From: an uncultured virus (IMG/VR IMGVR_UViG_3300031088_000740)
Lineage: Duplodnaviria > Heunggongvirae > Uroviricota > Caudoviricetes
Length of the DNA: 64,000 nucleotides
Virus record (IMG/VR): IMGVR_UViG_3300031088_000740
Strand: one strand, 5' to 3'
Position numbers and translations under genes: made by a program. Positions within the stretch are counted from its first letter, which is position 1. Every line of letters begins with the position of its first letter. Of the stretch, positions 48,000 through 57,921 are shown piece by piece. The notes under the pieces were generated by a model. The model did not search any database. It was not told the origin of the DNA and saw only the letters and a list, made by a program, of their open reading frames with translations.

Positions 48000-49478
48000 T
48001 TACTCTACACGCTTGTCTAGCTCATCCATAGCGTTTCGAACGAGTTCCGTCAACTGCTGAGGAGTGAGAGAACCGAGGTCCGTAGTCCCACCATCTGTGC
48101 TACTCACGGCACCCTCCGGACTGATGATGTTGCCATCCTTATCCATGAGCACGATATTCTTCTCTTCATCGATGGATGCTCGGAACTTGATGGACTGATT
48201 CTGACCAATCGATGCGACCCACGTACCATCTTCAGCGGGAACAATCTCGAAGATATCGATACCTGAAGCCCAGTCAGTCAGACCAGAATACTTGGTCTTG
48301 ATCTCTCGCGTTACTGCCGAGATAGCCTGACGCGACTCATTGTCCTTGTACTTGTAGACCGTGTAGTCATTGAGCTTTCCCGGAGTGAAAGAACCGGCTT
48401 CCGAAACACCTAGACCGATGATGGAGTTGGAGTCTCCGTTAGGGGAAAGAGGCGTGACATAAGTAGCATCACCACTGTCTGCGAGACCTAGCTGAATCTC
48501 GGTGTTGCCGTCGCCTCCGGGAAGGTAACCGGTCGCGCCCCACAGTCGATCCCCAAGGGTGCCAGACGAAGTAGAGGATGCGCGCTGAGCGGAAACAAGG
48601 CTAATCGGGTAGGTCGAACCGGGAGTGGAGTTGATGACCTTCTCATCAGTGGTGACGTTGATATCACCGGTCTTACCGTTGTAGAGAGCAAGACCGTAAG
48701 GGGTCTGCCATGCCCCGTAGAAGCCGTGAGTCTCCTTCAGAGGAATCACCACGTAAGGGGTGCCATCTTCGCAGTACCCGTATGCATCCCCGGTGTCATA
48801 AAGGACATCGAAAGGAATCTGCCAGTCAAGGGCGCGGTTGAGGTTGTTCTTGGGGAAGAAGCCATTGAATCGAAGATTGGCGGACTCATCGAACTCGCAG
48901 AAGGAAACATCACTGTTGCTCACCGAGCCAAACAGCGGCGCATTGATGGTCTGGATTGCCTCGTAACCGCGACCGACTCCACGGCGTTCGATCATCGAGT
49001 TCCACTGACCATCATCACCAAGGTCAGCAACCGCCTTTACGCCAACAGAAGTACCGGTGATATCACCCATGTTGTTATTCGAGGACGCGACAGCGACATC
49101 ATACGGCGCACGAGATCCGAAGGAAGGTGTCTCATCTTCCACAACCTTGATAGACCCTGCGTAGTGACGCTCACTGTCGTAACCCACACGAACGAAGAAG
49201 GTGACAACCATCGCCAGCGTGAGAACGCCAACAACACCTGCACCCAACTTGAACGGAAGGCTGGACTTCGACGTATTGTACGAATCATCCAGCGTATAAG
49301 CGCGGTAACTAAGGGCGATGACAACGCCGAGTCCCACCACGACCAGAAGCACGAGGGACATGAACGTACGCCATGAAACGAACACGGTTTTGGCGAACTG
49401 CGGACCCCACATCCAGACGAACAGGGCGAGTAGCGCTGCGCCGACAGCGATTGAGACGATAATAGAAATCTTGCGCAT
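48000..49478 (-). CDS. membrane protein with a large extracytoplasmic domain
   Basis: 3 N-terminal TMs; AAGGA RBS. Confidence 0.7.
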   Translation of the reverse strand: MRKISIIVSIAVGAALLALFVWMWGPQFAKTVFVSWRTFMSLVLLVVVGLGVVIALSYRAYTLDDSYNTSKSSLPFKLGAGVVGVLTLAMVVTFFVRVGYDSERHYAGSIKVVEDETPSFGSRAPYDVAVASSNNNMGDITGTSVGVKAVADLGDDGQWNSMIERRGVGRGYEAIQTINAPLFGSVSNSDVSFCEFDESANLRFNGFFPKNNLNRALDWQIPFDVLYDTGDAYGYCEDGTPYVVIPLKETHGFYGAWQTPYGLALYNGKTGDINVTTDEKVINSTPGSTYPISLVSAQRASSTSSGTLGDRLWGATGYLPGGDGNTEIQLGLADSGDATYVTPLSPNGDSNSIIGLGVSEAGSFTPGKLNDYTVYKYKDNESRQAISAVTREIKTKYSGLTDWASGIDIFEIVPAEDGTWVASIGQNQSIKFRASIDEEKNIVLMDKDGNIISPEGAVSSTDGGTTDLGSLTPQQLTELVRNAMDELDKRVE

Positions 49479-49588
49479 GGTTTCCTTCATAGATGAACAG
49501 AACTCTCTAAATCTAGCTGGAACATTCAAGTTTGTCAAACAAGACTGTGTTGTGGTAGCTTAGACACCAAGAGAAAGAAGGAAGTGAC

Positions 49589-50116
49589 ATGAAGCGTTCA
49601 TCGGCAACTAACACAAGCCGCCATTTGGCGTACCTGCTTCGTCACGAGCCTTCTTTCGTCAACGAGTTTGGGTGGGCAACTATCTCGGCAGCAGAGAGCG
49701 CATTGAGCGCACACGCTGGTGGCACTGTCACTCGCGGCGACATTAAGAAGATCGTTGCCGAGGACTCCAAGGGGCGTTACGAGATTCAGGGCGAGCGTAT
49801 CCGCGCTGTTCAGGGTCATTCGCACCCTGTCAACCTTGGATGGGTTTCTACGACCCCGCCCGAGACTCTTCTTCACGGAACGGTCGAGAAGTTCGCTGGC
49901 GCTATCCTTCGCGAGGGTTTGAAGCCTCAGTCTAGGACGCACGTCCACATGTCGGAGACGGTTGAGACTGCCGTTCAGGTCGGTTCACGTCGGGGAGAGG
50001 CAGTGATTCTCACCATCAACGCTGCACAAGCTGCGGCAGAGGGCGTAGCCTTTTTCCAGTCCGCCAACGGTGTCTGGCTTGCTCAGCACGTCCCAGCTAA
50101 GTTCATCAGCCGCTAA
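49589..50116 (+). CDS. kptA: RNA 2'-phosphotransferase (Tpt1/KptA)
   Basis: LLRH, KGRY, IRAVQGHS, HGT, RTHVH, VGSRR, NGVWL. Confidence 0.92.
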   Translation: MKRSSATNTSRHLAYLLRHEPSFVNEFGWATISAAESALSAHAGGTVTRGDIKKIVAEDSKGRYEIQGERIRAVQGHSHPVNLGWVSTTPPETLLHGTVEKFAGAILREGLKPQSRTHVHMSETVETAVQVGSRRGEAVILTINAAQAAAEGVAFFQSANGVWLAQHVPAKFISR

Positions 50117-50487
50117 GGTCGTCTCTGATTTTTCAGGGCGACCTTAGCCCTGATACGTGCTTCCTCCTGGCGACGAACGAAGTCATCTAGGAACTCCTTA
50201 TCATCCTCACTGAGATGAATCAGTTTGCGTTGCCTTGATATCCTCAACTCTGTAGATGCTCCCCACAGGGAAAGAAGGATCATGATGCCGCCGATTACCA
50301 CTAGAGCTTTGATGGCTATTCCTGTGTAGAACACAAGGCTCGATGTGACTATCTCTACGATGATAAAGGCGATAGCTACGCTAGCCAATGCAGTAAGAAG
50401 TAGGAACGAAGTGAAAAACCAACGCCTGTAAGTCAGTAGATACCCGAACTTCTCAATGGGGTTGATCTGCTCATCCGGGCTTGTCAT
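50113..50487 (-). CDS. membrane protein
   Basis: 2 TM; TAGTCT-N6-ATG. Confidence 0.6.
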   Translation of the reverse strand: MTSPDEQINPIEKFGYLLTYRRWFFTSFLLLTALASVAIAFIIVEIVTSSLVFYTGIAIKALVVIGGIMILLSLWGASTELRISRQRKLIHLSEDDKEFLDDFVRRQEEARIRAKVALKNQRRP

Positions 50488-50579
50488 GAACGAAGACTAC
50501 CTTGCTCATAACCGCCGATGTCATTTTCCCGGCTCTGTCATTGGCATCCCTTAGACTTGGTTCAGAAAGGTAACCAATC

Positions 50580-51197
50580 ATGAGCAACACTAGACCAGAG
50601 CAAGTTGTCGATAAGAACGGCGTTCTCACCACCCGTCACAAGTCAGTGGATAGTGGAAGGCGACTGGACGATAGATCTTCCGGTGTTGCGTTGCCGAAGT
50701 CAGAAAGAGCAACCAATGCAACGCTTGACTTCAATGACATTGGTGACAACAGCACCGTTATCCATCACATTGATGACCCGATCTTCACATCTGTAGAGGT
50801 CAAGTCAGAAAACGGCAAGTTCACCGCAATGGCTCAGTTCACCCTTGATGGAGAACTGGAGCCACTCATCTACGAGGTTGATGACCTATCTGATTACCTC
50901 AGGGACAACTACTCCGAGGTAAAGGGTATCCTCATGAGTCAGTATGGTGCCGATTCGGTCGAACTGGACTACCTAGATGCCACATTGACAGTAGGGTACG
51001 CCGTACCGCTGGAAGGCGGAAAGACTACCGAGAACGATCTACTGGATAGTCTGTACGAAACACGTGGTGTAAGCCTCCACGATGATGCCAACAACTCGGA
51101 CAAGCTTGTATTCGCACTCTCTGATCTAGGCTCAGATCAAGATGACTCATTCGAGCCGAGGCACTCCGGAAAGTTTGCATTTGACGACGAGGGTTAG
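50580..51197 (+). CDS. DKNG-tag acidic protein
   Basis: PEQVVDKNGVLTTRHK; GAAAGG RBS. Confidence 0.8.
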   Translation: MSNTRPEQVVDKNGVLTTRHKSVDSGRRLDDRSSGVALPKSERATNATLDFNDIGDNSTVIHHIDDPIFTSVEVKSENGKFTAMAQFTLDGELEPLIYEVDDLSDYLRDNYSEVKGILMSQYGADSVELDYLDATLTVGYAVPLEGGKTTENDLLDSLYETRGVSLHDDANNSDKLVFALSDLGSDQDDSFEPRHSGKFAFDDEG

Positions 51198-51580
51198 TCT
51201 ATGAGCAGCAGACCGTAAAGGTGATACAGAGCTAATAGGCTCAATACAGAACAGGTCATGATGAGACCAAATCGAGCAAGTCTTGATTCTCTCTCATGAC
51301 CTTTTCTCTGCGCAAAAGCAAAGAGCGAGATGAAGAGCATCACACCTAATGTCACGCGAGCAATCATTGTCGCTGCAAAACTTGCCTCTTCAGAGAACCC
51401 ATTAGCCAAAATGAAGTTGGCTAGACTATTGAGGAGACCGTTACCTTCCTGAGCGATTCCTCTCGCGGCGATGTTGATGTAAGAGGCTATTCCATCGAAG
51501 ATTGTGACTGTGATTCCGAGCAAGAGGATTCTCTCGTTGCTGATCTTCGGTCTCGAATCATCGGTGACGAATTCGTTCAT
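51194..51580 (-). CDS. membrane protein (DUF5658-like)
   Basis: FDGIASY...QEGNGLL plus TMs. Confidence 0.55.
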   Translation of the reverse strand: MNEFVTDDSRPKISNERILLLGITVTIFDGIASYINIAARGIAQEGNGLLNSLANFILANGFSEEASFAATMIARVTLGVMLFISLFAFAQRKGHERESRLARFGLIMTCSVLSLLALYHLYGLLLID

Positions 51581-51906
51581 GCTGCTACGACTGCATCCGC
51601 CTTGCTATTTGCTAGCTTGCGGTATCCAATGTGCCCTTCAGCGAACGGGAACCACTTCAGCTTGACCTCATGCACCTTCAAAACGTAGCGCTTCACTCCG
51701 CTAAGAGATAGCTGTTGGTACTCAGTCCTGTCTCCCAATGCGGCAACAGCATCTTCACGACTCTCAAAGAAATCAGCGACTGCGTTGATACCGCCAACAG
51801 GGAGTACCCACTTGCCACGGGGAACTTCACCGCCGATGACCTGACCGTCATAGCCGACGATGTATCCGACCGTATTGTACTTGTGGTTGGAGGCTGCGTT
51901 AGACAT
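51577..51906 (-). CDS. hypothetical protein
   Basis: promoter TTGACT-N17-TATAGT and GAAGGG RBS. Confidence 0.6.
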   Translation of the reverse strand: MSNAASNHKYNTVGYIVGYDGQVIGGEVPRGKWVLPVGGINAVADFFESREDAVAALGDRTEYQQLSLSGVKRYVLKVHEVKLKWFPFAEGHIGYRKLANSKADAVVAA

Positions 51907-51994
51907 AGGAACCCTTCTGATTTGAGGTGACTATAAGAGGTGCGCTCTGTGAAGTCAAGTAATCAGGGCGGGCAATTAGTGATACCCTCAGGGT

Positions 51995-52600
51995 ATGACC
52001 TTGAAAGATCTGGATACCAAGAATACCGTCGCTATCAACTGGCTTATCGCCGTGTCTATCACGGTGTTTGTTTTTCCCTTTGTGGTCATGCTGTCGATTT
52101 TCACGGTGATCCCTAGCTTTTTAGCATTCATCCCGCTCTTCATTGGCGCGCCATACTTCACCTTCGTGGCTATCTACAGTGCAGTCAAGAGGAAGGCTGA
52201 GATACCTATAGGGTTTACCATCGATGAGAAGGTTCTTCAGTTCGGAACACTGCGCCAGCAGATCACGCTACTGGCAAACATAATCCTCGTAGCCAACCTG
52301 TCAGGATGGGCACTCGTACTGTTCTTAGGTAGTACAAGAAGCATTGTTTTTGTTGTGGTCGTGCTGACCGGGTTCCTCGGTATTCTCTCCATCATCGTCA
52401 ACATTCCGCTCATTTACGGTAAGTTTTACTGGTCGGAGAGGGTCGCAAGAAGGGATCACCTGGGTCGTTGGAAGTTCATCAGGGCATCCAGAATTCTATG
52501 TTGGTCTGTATGGTCCATTTATGCCGCTATGAGTCTCATCATCCTCTTTGCTGGAAGGTTTCTTGATCTAACCGATCACCTCCTTGGTGTCGCTAGCTAG
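51995..52600 (+). CDS. multi-pass membrane protein
   Basis: about 5 TM; TACCCT-N6-ATG. Confidence 0.65.
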   Translation: MTLKDLDTKNTVAINWLIAVSITVFVFPFVVMLSIFTVIPSFLAFIPLFIGAPYFTFVAIYSAVKRKAEIPIGFTIDEKVLQFGTLRQQITLLANIILVANLSGWALVLFLGSTRSIVFVVVVLTGFLGILSIIVNIPLIYGKFYWSERVARRDHLGRWKFIRASRILCWSVWSIYAAMSLIILFAGRFLDLTDHLLGVAS

Positions 52601-52632
52601 CGGTAGACTAAGTTCACACCGGAAGGAACATC

Positions 52633-53376
52633 ATGTCAGGATCAAAGGTCAAGACCCCGATTGTCGATAAGAACGGCAAGCAGACAAGCGTTTGGAAGAA
52701 CACCGACTCAGGAGAGTCTTCTCGTCAACTCCCTGTTATCTCGTTGGGCGAAAGTGGTAGTCAGCTACCCGAGGGGTGGGATTCCCGTGACGAAAACAAC
52801 GCAGATATCGACGACCTCGTTGCAGAGTACGTAGACAAGGGTGTTCTTCATGCTACTCGCACAATGAATGGGGACCGACGCTACGAGACCGGAGATATTT
52901 TTGTCGGTCGCCGGGAAGATGGTACTAAGATCTACGTCAATCTTAGCCTAGAGCACATCAACAAAGAACGACTTGACCAGGACTTGAATCCAGTAGGAGA
53001 AAGCTGGGACTTTTCGATGACGGGAAGTCGCAAGCTTGGTCGTCACCGTAACGGCGGCGGACAGATAACAGAAGACCTTCTTTCCATTACCAAAGACTCG
53101 CCTATTGGTCAGGATGAGGTCAAGCAGCTTCATGACATTTGGGATGACAACCACCTCAACAGCATGCACGCTGGTACCAAAGCACAAGAAGAGAAGCGTG
53201 CTGAGCTTATCGATAGCGGCGTAAATCCTGGCAACACTTATGACATCTTGAAGGATGAGCAGTATCACGACAATGGATACAGATACGGCTCCAAGTGGCT
53301 TCACTCTGATGTCCCCGCAGGAATCGTTGAAACTGCGCTTGACATCCTAAGCCGTGGAGACCGAAACAAGAGGTAA
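52633..53376 (+). CDS. DKNG-tag protein
   Basis: KTPIVDKNGKQTSVWKN; GGAAGGA RBS. Confidence 0.8.
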   Translation: MSGSKVKTPIVDKNGKQTSVWKNTDSGESSRQLPVISLGESGSQLPEGWDSRDENNADIDDLVAEYVDKGVLHATRTMNGDRRYETGDIFVGRREDGTKIYVNLSLEHINKERLDQDLNPVGESWDFSMTGSRKLGRHRNGGGQITEDLLSITKDSPIGQDEVKQLHDIWDDNHLNSMHAGTKAQEEKRAELIDSGVNPGNTYDILKDEQYHDNGYRYGSKWLHSDVPAGIVETALDILSRGDRNKR

Positions 53377-53383
53377 CCGGCAT

Positions 53384-53428
53384 AACGAAGAACGCCCCGA
53401 GAATTGTAAGCTCGGGGCGTTCTTCGTT
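53384..53428. terminator. bidirectional terminator
   Basis: AACGAAGAACGCCCCGAG-loop-CTCGGGGCGTTCTTCGTT. Confidence 0.85.
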
Positions 53429-53441
53429 GATGGAAGTGTAC

Positions 53442-54137
53442 TTAGCGATGTTGCCAGCAGTGGTAGTCGTAGGTAGCCCTCGTGCATGGTCCAGTAGGGG
53501 TGTAAGCGCCACACGTTCTGCTTTCACGACTTGGCGACTGAGCGCGGAACATACCAGTCGGTAGCCTGAACTCTTGCTCTACACCAGAAACCTTGTTTCC
53601 TGCCACAACTTCACCGTCAGGTGTCATCAACGGAGTCTTCTTAGTGTTTCCACGATAGTCCTGCGACTCGATATAGAGACCCCCGTCTTCACCTTTGCGT
53701 AGGTATCCGGTGTAAGAAAGTCCAGAGTGATTGCGGTCAAACTCTTTGATGATAGCTCTTTGATCAAGAGGCGGCAGCGGCATACTGAGGATGCTTTCTT
53801 TACGCCATGCAAAATCGCGCGCTTCTTTTTGCTTCTCGGCTTCAGCGGGGTTACGGTAAGCCCAAGCAAGCTCATTGAGGTTGTCTACGTGAGACTTACT
53901 GTCCGGAGAATACTCTGTATGGTTATGCCCACCTGGGTTAGGGTATGGTGCAGCTTTCAAGGCTGATTCCGGGTTGTCGTAGCCACCCCTTGCATACTCG
54001 AAAGACTCATGGTCGAAATCATCATCCCATTCAGAATCATAGTCCTCGCCGCCACCCATAGACACCCTGCTGTAGAAGCCGACACTCCATGTGTTATCTT
54101 CGCTTTGCCACACTTCTACTTCGTGGTACCTACTCAT
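53442..54137 (-). CDS. hypothetical protein with C-terminal Cys/His zinc-knuckle
   Basis: CGAYTPTGPCTRATYDYHCWQH. Confidence 0.65.
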   Translation of the reverse strand: MSRYHEVEVWQSEDNTWSVGFYSRVSMGGGEDYDSEWDDDFDHESFEYARGGYDNPESALKAAPYPNPGGHNHTEYSPDSKSHVDNLNELAWAYRNPAEAEKQKEARDFAWRKESILSMPLPPLDQRAIIKEFDRNHSGLSYTGYLRKGEDGGLYIESQDYRGNTKKTPLMTPDGEVVAGNKVSGVEQEFRLPTGMFRAQSPSRESRTCGAYTPTGPCTRATYDYHCWQHR

Positions 54138-54189
54138 AAGTAACCCCTCTCTACAATCAGTATAGAGAGGGGTTACGACAAGAAGCTAC

Positions 54190-56217
54190 TTAGTAAAGAG
54201 CCGCCTGAACTCCAAACGGAACCTTGCGTCCGGTTCTCTTGGAGCCTTGAGGCTTCTGCTTCTGCCCTCTACCCTGACCCCTTCCTTGCCCTCTGTTCTG
54301 GGAAGGGTTTTGCCTGAGTCGGTAGCACTTCTGGCAGATATCGAACTGCAATGGTGCAGGCTGGCTGCATTCCTTGCAAGGGTGGTCCGAGACAACCGCA
54401 GAACTCGAACCAAGGTGCTTTTCAATCGCAACATTGAGAGCCAACTCCGTCGCTGAAATCTGCTCCTTGGTGAGAAGACCGAGGTTGTCGAAGATGACGG
54501 AGAACATCTTGAACTCTCCCAGCTTGGCACTTGCCGCTTCGAGGTCTACAAGGGTTGTGTTCTCTGTAGCTACCGGCTTTTCCACCAACTCGAAGAATGC
54601 TTCTGACATACGGTTGGATTCAAGTCTTGCTTCGGCATCCAGTGCCAGCCAGTACAGGGAAGGCTCTACCACTCCGTTACGAGCATCGAATGCGCCAGTC
54701 ATCAGTCTCCACACATCGAGGATGTTGATATCTAGATGACCGTCAAGCTGCTTGCGAGGAACGAGGTCGAAATCTTCGGTCCATAGCTTGCTCGGAGCAT
54801 CTACAAACTCCAAAACAGCCTTGAGGTTGTTGAGTGCAGTGGTCATCGTGGAAGCAGAAAGGTTCCTGTCCTTTACTCGCTGCTGAACACGACGCTTCCA
54901 TACCTCAATGGCGTATGTGAGCTTGACTGCCTCGGCAGTACCACCATCGGGGTCTAGTCCTAGATCTCCAAAGCGGGGGAACAACGAAGCGGTTTCTAGT
55001 TCAAGGTCAGTTGGCTTCAAACCGGCAGCCGCCTTGATTCCATTTCGCACAACTGCGTAGTCCGGAGTGAGCCAGGTAACACCGCTAGCGGCATAGACCC
55101 GACCTTCATTCGAAAGACCGAATCGACCAGCACGACCAGCAATCTGAGCAGCCTCCCAGACGCGCAGTGACCTACGCTCAAATCCATCGAACTTGCTTGT
55201 CTCAGCGAACACTACGTTATCGATGGGGAGGTTGATACCGTGACCGATAACGTCTGTCGTCACCATGATGTCAATTTCACCACGCTCGTAAGCGTCAAGC
55301 TGCTGCTTGCGCGCTGACAGTGGCAATGCGCCGTACAAGACACCTACGTTGAGACCAGTCTTACGGATCTCGTGCGCGATAGCGTACACACCGCGTCGAG
55401 AGAAACAGACGACCGCGCTACGTGGCGGGATCTTGTGAAGGGGCATCTGTCCACCCCAGCGTAGAGGTGTCTTACGCTGGAAGGTTTCTTCCTCAATGAC
55501 CCATGCATCGGCAACAAGCTTCTTGATGAGAGGAACAGCCTCAGCGGCAGTGGCAACGTACATGTTGGCGTACTTACCGCCGATAAGGATTCGGCTCCAT
55601 ACGTGACCTCGGTGTGGGTCGGTAAGCCAATGAGCTTCGTCGATGAGGATAGACGCACCTTCGTCGGGTGCCATCTCCATTGTGGTTGCCAGAAGCTTTG
55701 CGTCAGGGTTGATCGCTTCTTCCCCGGTAATGAATCCTACGTACTCTTCACCGAATCGGTCGCACATCTTCTTGTAGACCTCATAAGCCAGCAGACGCAG
55801 CGGAGCGGCATAGACATGCACTGACTCACGGTTCGTCTCAAAGTCGCTGAAAAGGCGCTGTAGCCCGTTGTAGGTCTTACCTGAGTTGGTCGCACCAATG
55901 AACAACTTGACGCATTCGACGGCATTCTTCCTATCGCGGACAAATACCTGTACTCCATCAGCAATAGGCTTGAGGGCTGCATGGGTATTCTGCTTGCGCA
56001 ATGCCGTGTCTGCCTTGACCTTTTTAGAGGCGGAGTAATCTCGTGGCTCAGTGTTCACCGCCTTAGCGCGTGATGGTGACTGTGAACGCTTCTGACCGTA
56101 TTTCTGAACCAAGGATTTTCGCCTTCTGTCGGTGTTAGGTACATCATCGCACACCCCTCTGACACCAATCCCAACTTGAGATTTGTTTACCCAAGCGATA
56201 CAATTCGCACATGACAA
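54190..56217 (-). CDS. SUV3-like SF2 helicase (start uncertain)
   Basis: GATNSGKT, APLRLLA, DEAH, YGALP, TDVIGHGINL, QIAGRAGRFG; C-terminal CxxC...CxxC. Confidence 0.88.
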   Translation of the reverse strand: MSCANCIAWVNKSQVGIGVRGVCDDVPNTDRRRKSLVQKYGQKRSQSPSRAKAVNTEPRDYSASKKVKADTALRKQNTHAALKPIADGVQVFVRDRKNAVECVKLFIGATNSGKTYNGLQRLFSDFETNRESVHVYAAPLRLLAYEVYKKMCDRFGEEYVGFITGEEAINPDAKLLATTMEMAPDEGASILIDEAHWLTDPHRGHVWSRILIGGKYANMYVATAAEAVPLIKKLVADAWVIEEETFQRKTPLRWGGQMPLHKIPPRSAVVCFSRRGVYAIAHEIRKTGLNVGVLYGALPLSARKQQLDAYERGEIDIMVTTDVIGHGINLPIDNVVFAETSKFDGFERRSLRVWEAAQIAGRAGRFGLSNEGRVYAASGVTWLTPDYAVVRNGIKAAAGLKPTDLELETASLFPRFGDLGLDPDGGTAEAVKLTYAIEVWKRRVQQRVKDRNLSASTMTTALNNLKAVLEFVDAPSKLWTEDFDLVPRKQLDGHLDINILDVWRLMTGAFDARNGVVEPSLYWLALDAEARLESNRMSEAFFELVEKPVATENTTLVDLEAASAKLGEFKMFSVIFDNLGLLTKEQISATELALNVAIEKHLGSSSAVVSDHPCKECSQPAPLQFDICQKCYRLRQNPSQNRGQGRGQGRGQKQKPQGSKRTGRKVPFGVQAALY

Positions 56218-57203
56218 ACAGCACCCCTTATGACATTCCTACATGTTGGGGTGTATCTACCAGAAACTCTGAGCGGACCAGGAGTAGAAACGAGGCACAT
56301 ACCGAGTTCATCTACGCCAACATCGACGGCATCTCGAACACTCCGTTCATCTACCAGTTCTGCGGTCATGAAAATCGTAAGGACGAATGCGTAGTACCTA
56401 AGCACAAGCGGTCTGAGGCGGACTCCGAGTATGCATGTCGAGTCATCACAGCAATCATCGTCCCCTTTGCAGCGGGTTCATTCGATCTCGTCGTGGCTGA
56501 CAGGGCACGTGCTATTGGTAAGAAGATGGACGTACCGGTCTTCTATGTCTATCACCACCCATTCGACTACAACTACGATCACACGATTGAGTTCGAGGTG
56601 CTCAAACCTGACGGCAGCAGGACATACCATGCGCTTGCCAAATGGAAGCGCGGCTTGCTTACGGCGCTTCTTGATACGCAGATTGATCACGAAGAGCAGC
56701 ACAACTGCTTCATTGATGTTCCCGAAGGTGCTGTTGACTGGCTTGATGGAGAGAAAGATGCATCCATCACTGATGATTCCAAGGTGCATGAGAAGGATGG
56801 CGTTGATCTCACTCTATCTGGGATTCTGAGACTCATTCCCGGCGTGCGACACCTCGATATCGATGCCTGTGTAACCTGCGACCTCTGTAATGAACCTATC
56901 GCACTCATCGAAGCATCGAGCGATGGATACAGTCGTGGAAAGCTGGCAGGCAAGAAGAAGACTGCCGCCATGACACTGAAGGTCGGTGCGCAGCTTGATG
57001 TTCCGACAATGAAGTTGCTGCATGAACCCAGCAAGGATGTTGACTTTGACTCTGGCGCTGACGTAACGACATGGAAGCCTGGGAAGCTCTGGGATAACGA
57101 CGGGTACGTAGTTGTGGATGGGGAGAGACCTATCGATATGGAAGACGCTGTTGGATTCGTTGAGGACGTACTCAAGCAGCACCGTATCGATCACCATTCT
57201 TGA
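56211..57203 (+). CDS. hypothetical protein
   Basis: 330 aa ORF with Cys motifs. Confidence 0.6.
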   Translation: MTNSTPYDIPTCWGVSTRNSERTRSRNEAHTEFIYANIDGISNTPFIYQFCGHENRKDECVVPKHKRSEADSEYACRVITAIIVPFAAGSFDLVVADRARAIGKKMDVPVFYVYHHPFDYNYDHTIEFEVLKPDGSRTYHALAKWKRGLLTALLDTQIDHEEQHNCFIDVPEGAVDWLDGEKDASITDDSKVHEKDGVDLTLSGILRLIPGVRHLDIDACVTCDLCNEPIALIEASSDGYSRGKLAGKKKTAAMTLKVGAQLDVPTMKLLHEPSKDVDFDSGADVTTWKPGKLWDNDGYVVVDGERPIDMEDAVGFVEDVLKQHRIDHHS

Positions 57204-57255
57204 ACAATCTCAAATCTTTTCGTCACACTGACTAAAACTCTGCTACCATGTGCAC

Positions 57256-57921
57256 ATGAGCGCAGTTATCGAGATTTTCAACATCGTGGTATTCACAGCC
57301 TTCGGAGCGCCAGTAACGCTTCTGGAGCTATTCGGATTCATCACTGGTGGACTTTGTGTCTGGGCGGTGGCGAAGCAGTACAAGTGTAATTGGTACGTCG
57401 GTGCGGCAAATGCAGCGGCATTCATCTTCCTGTTCTTCGGAGTCGGTCTTTACGCAGACGCATTCCTCCAGGTCGTCTTCCTCGTGATGAGCTTCTACGG
57501 CATCTACTCTTGGACATTCGGAGGCAAGGGAACCGCCAAGAACGCACTTCCCGTCAGGCGAGTGGTACCCAGGGAGTTGTTCATCTTGATTCCACTCACT
57601 ATCGCCGCCACGGTAGGTGTAGCCCACCTACTGAGAGCAGAGACCGACAGCAACGTGTACTGGTTTGATGGTGCCGTGCTTACCCTCTCGATTCTGGCAA
57701 CCTACGGACAGACCAAGAAGATCGTCGAAAGCTGGTACGTCTGGATTGTTGTGGACCTCATCTCCATCCCGCTCTACTTCTACAAGGGACTCACACTCAC
57801 AGCGTTGCTCTACGGAGTGTTCCTCACGCTCTGCTTCATCGGTCTTGTCAAGTGGAGAAGTGAGTTGACCCCCAAGAAGACCATCACCGACACCACACGA
57901 ATTGCAGAGGTAGCAGCATGA
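57256..57921 (+). CDS. pnuC: nicotinamide riboside transporter
   Basis: multi-TM; LYAD..LQ, D...LSILA, ESWYVWIVVDLISIPLY; TACCAT-N6-ATG at 57256. Confidence 0.92.
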   Translation: MSAVIEIFNIVVFTAFGAPVTLLELFGFITGGLCVWAVAKQYKCNWYVGAANAAAFIFLFFGVGLYADAFLQVVFLVMSFYGIYSWTFGGKGTAKNALPVRRVVPRELFILIPLTIAATVGVAHLLRAETDSNVYWFDGAVLTLSILATYGQTKKIVESWYVWIVVDLISIPLYFYKGLTLTALLYGVFLTLCFIGLVKWRSELTPKKTITDTTRIAEVAA

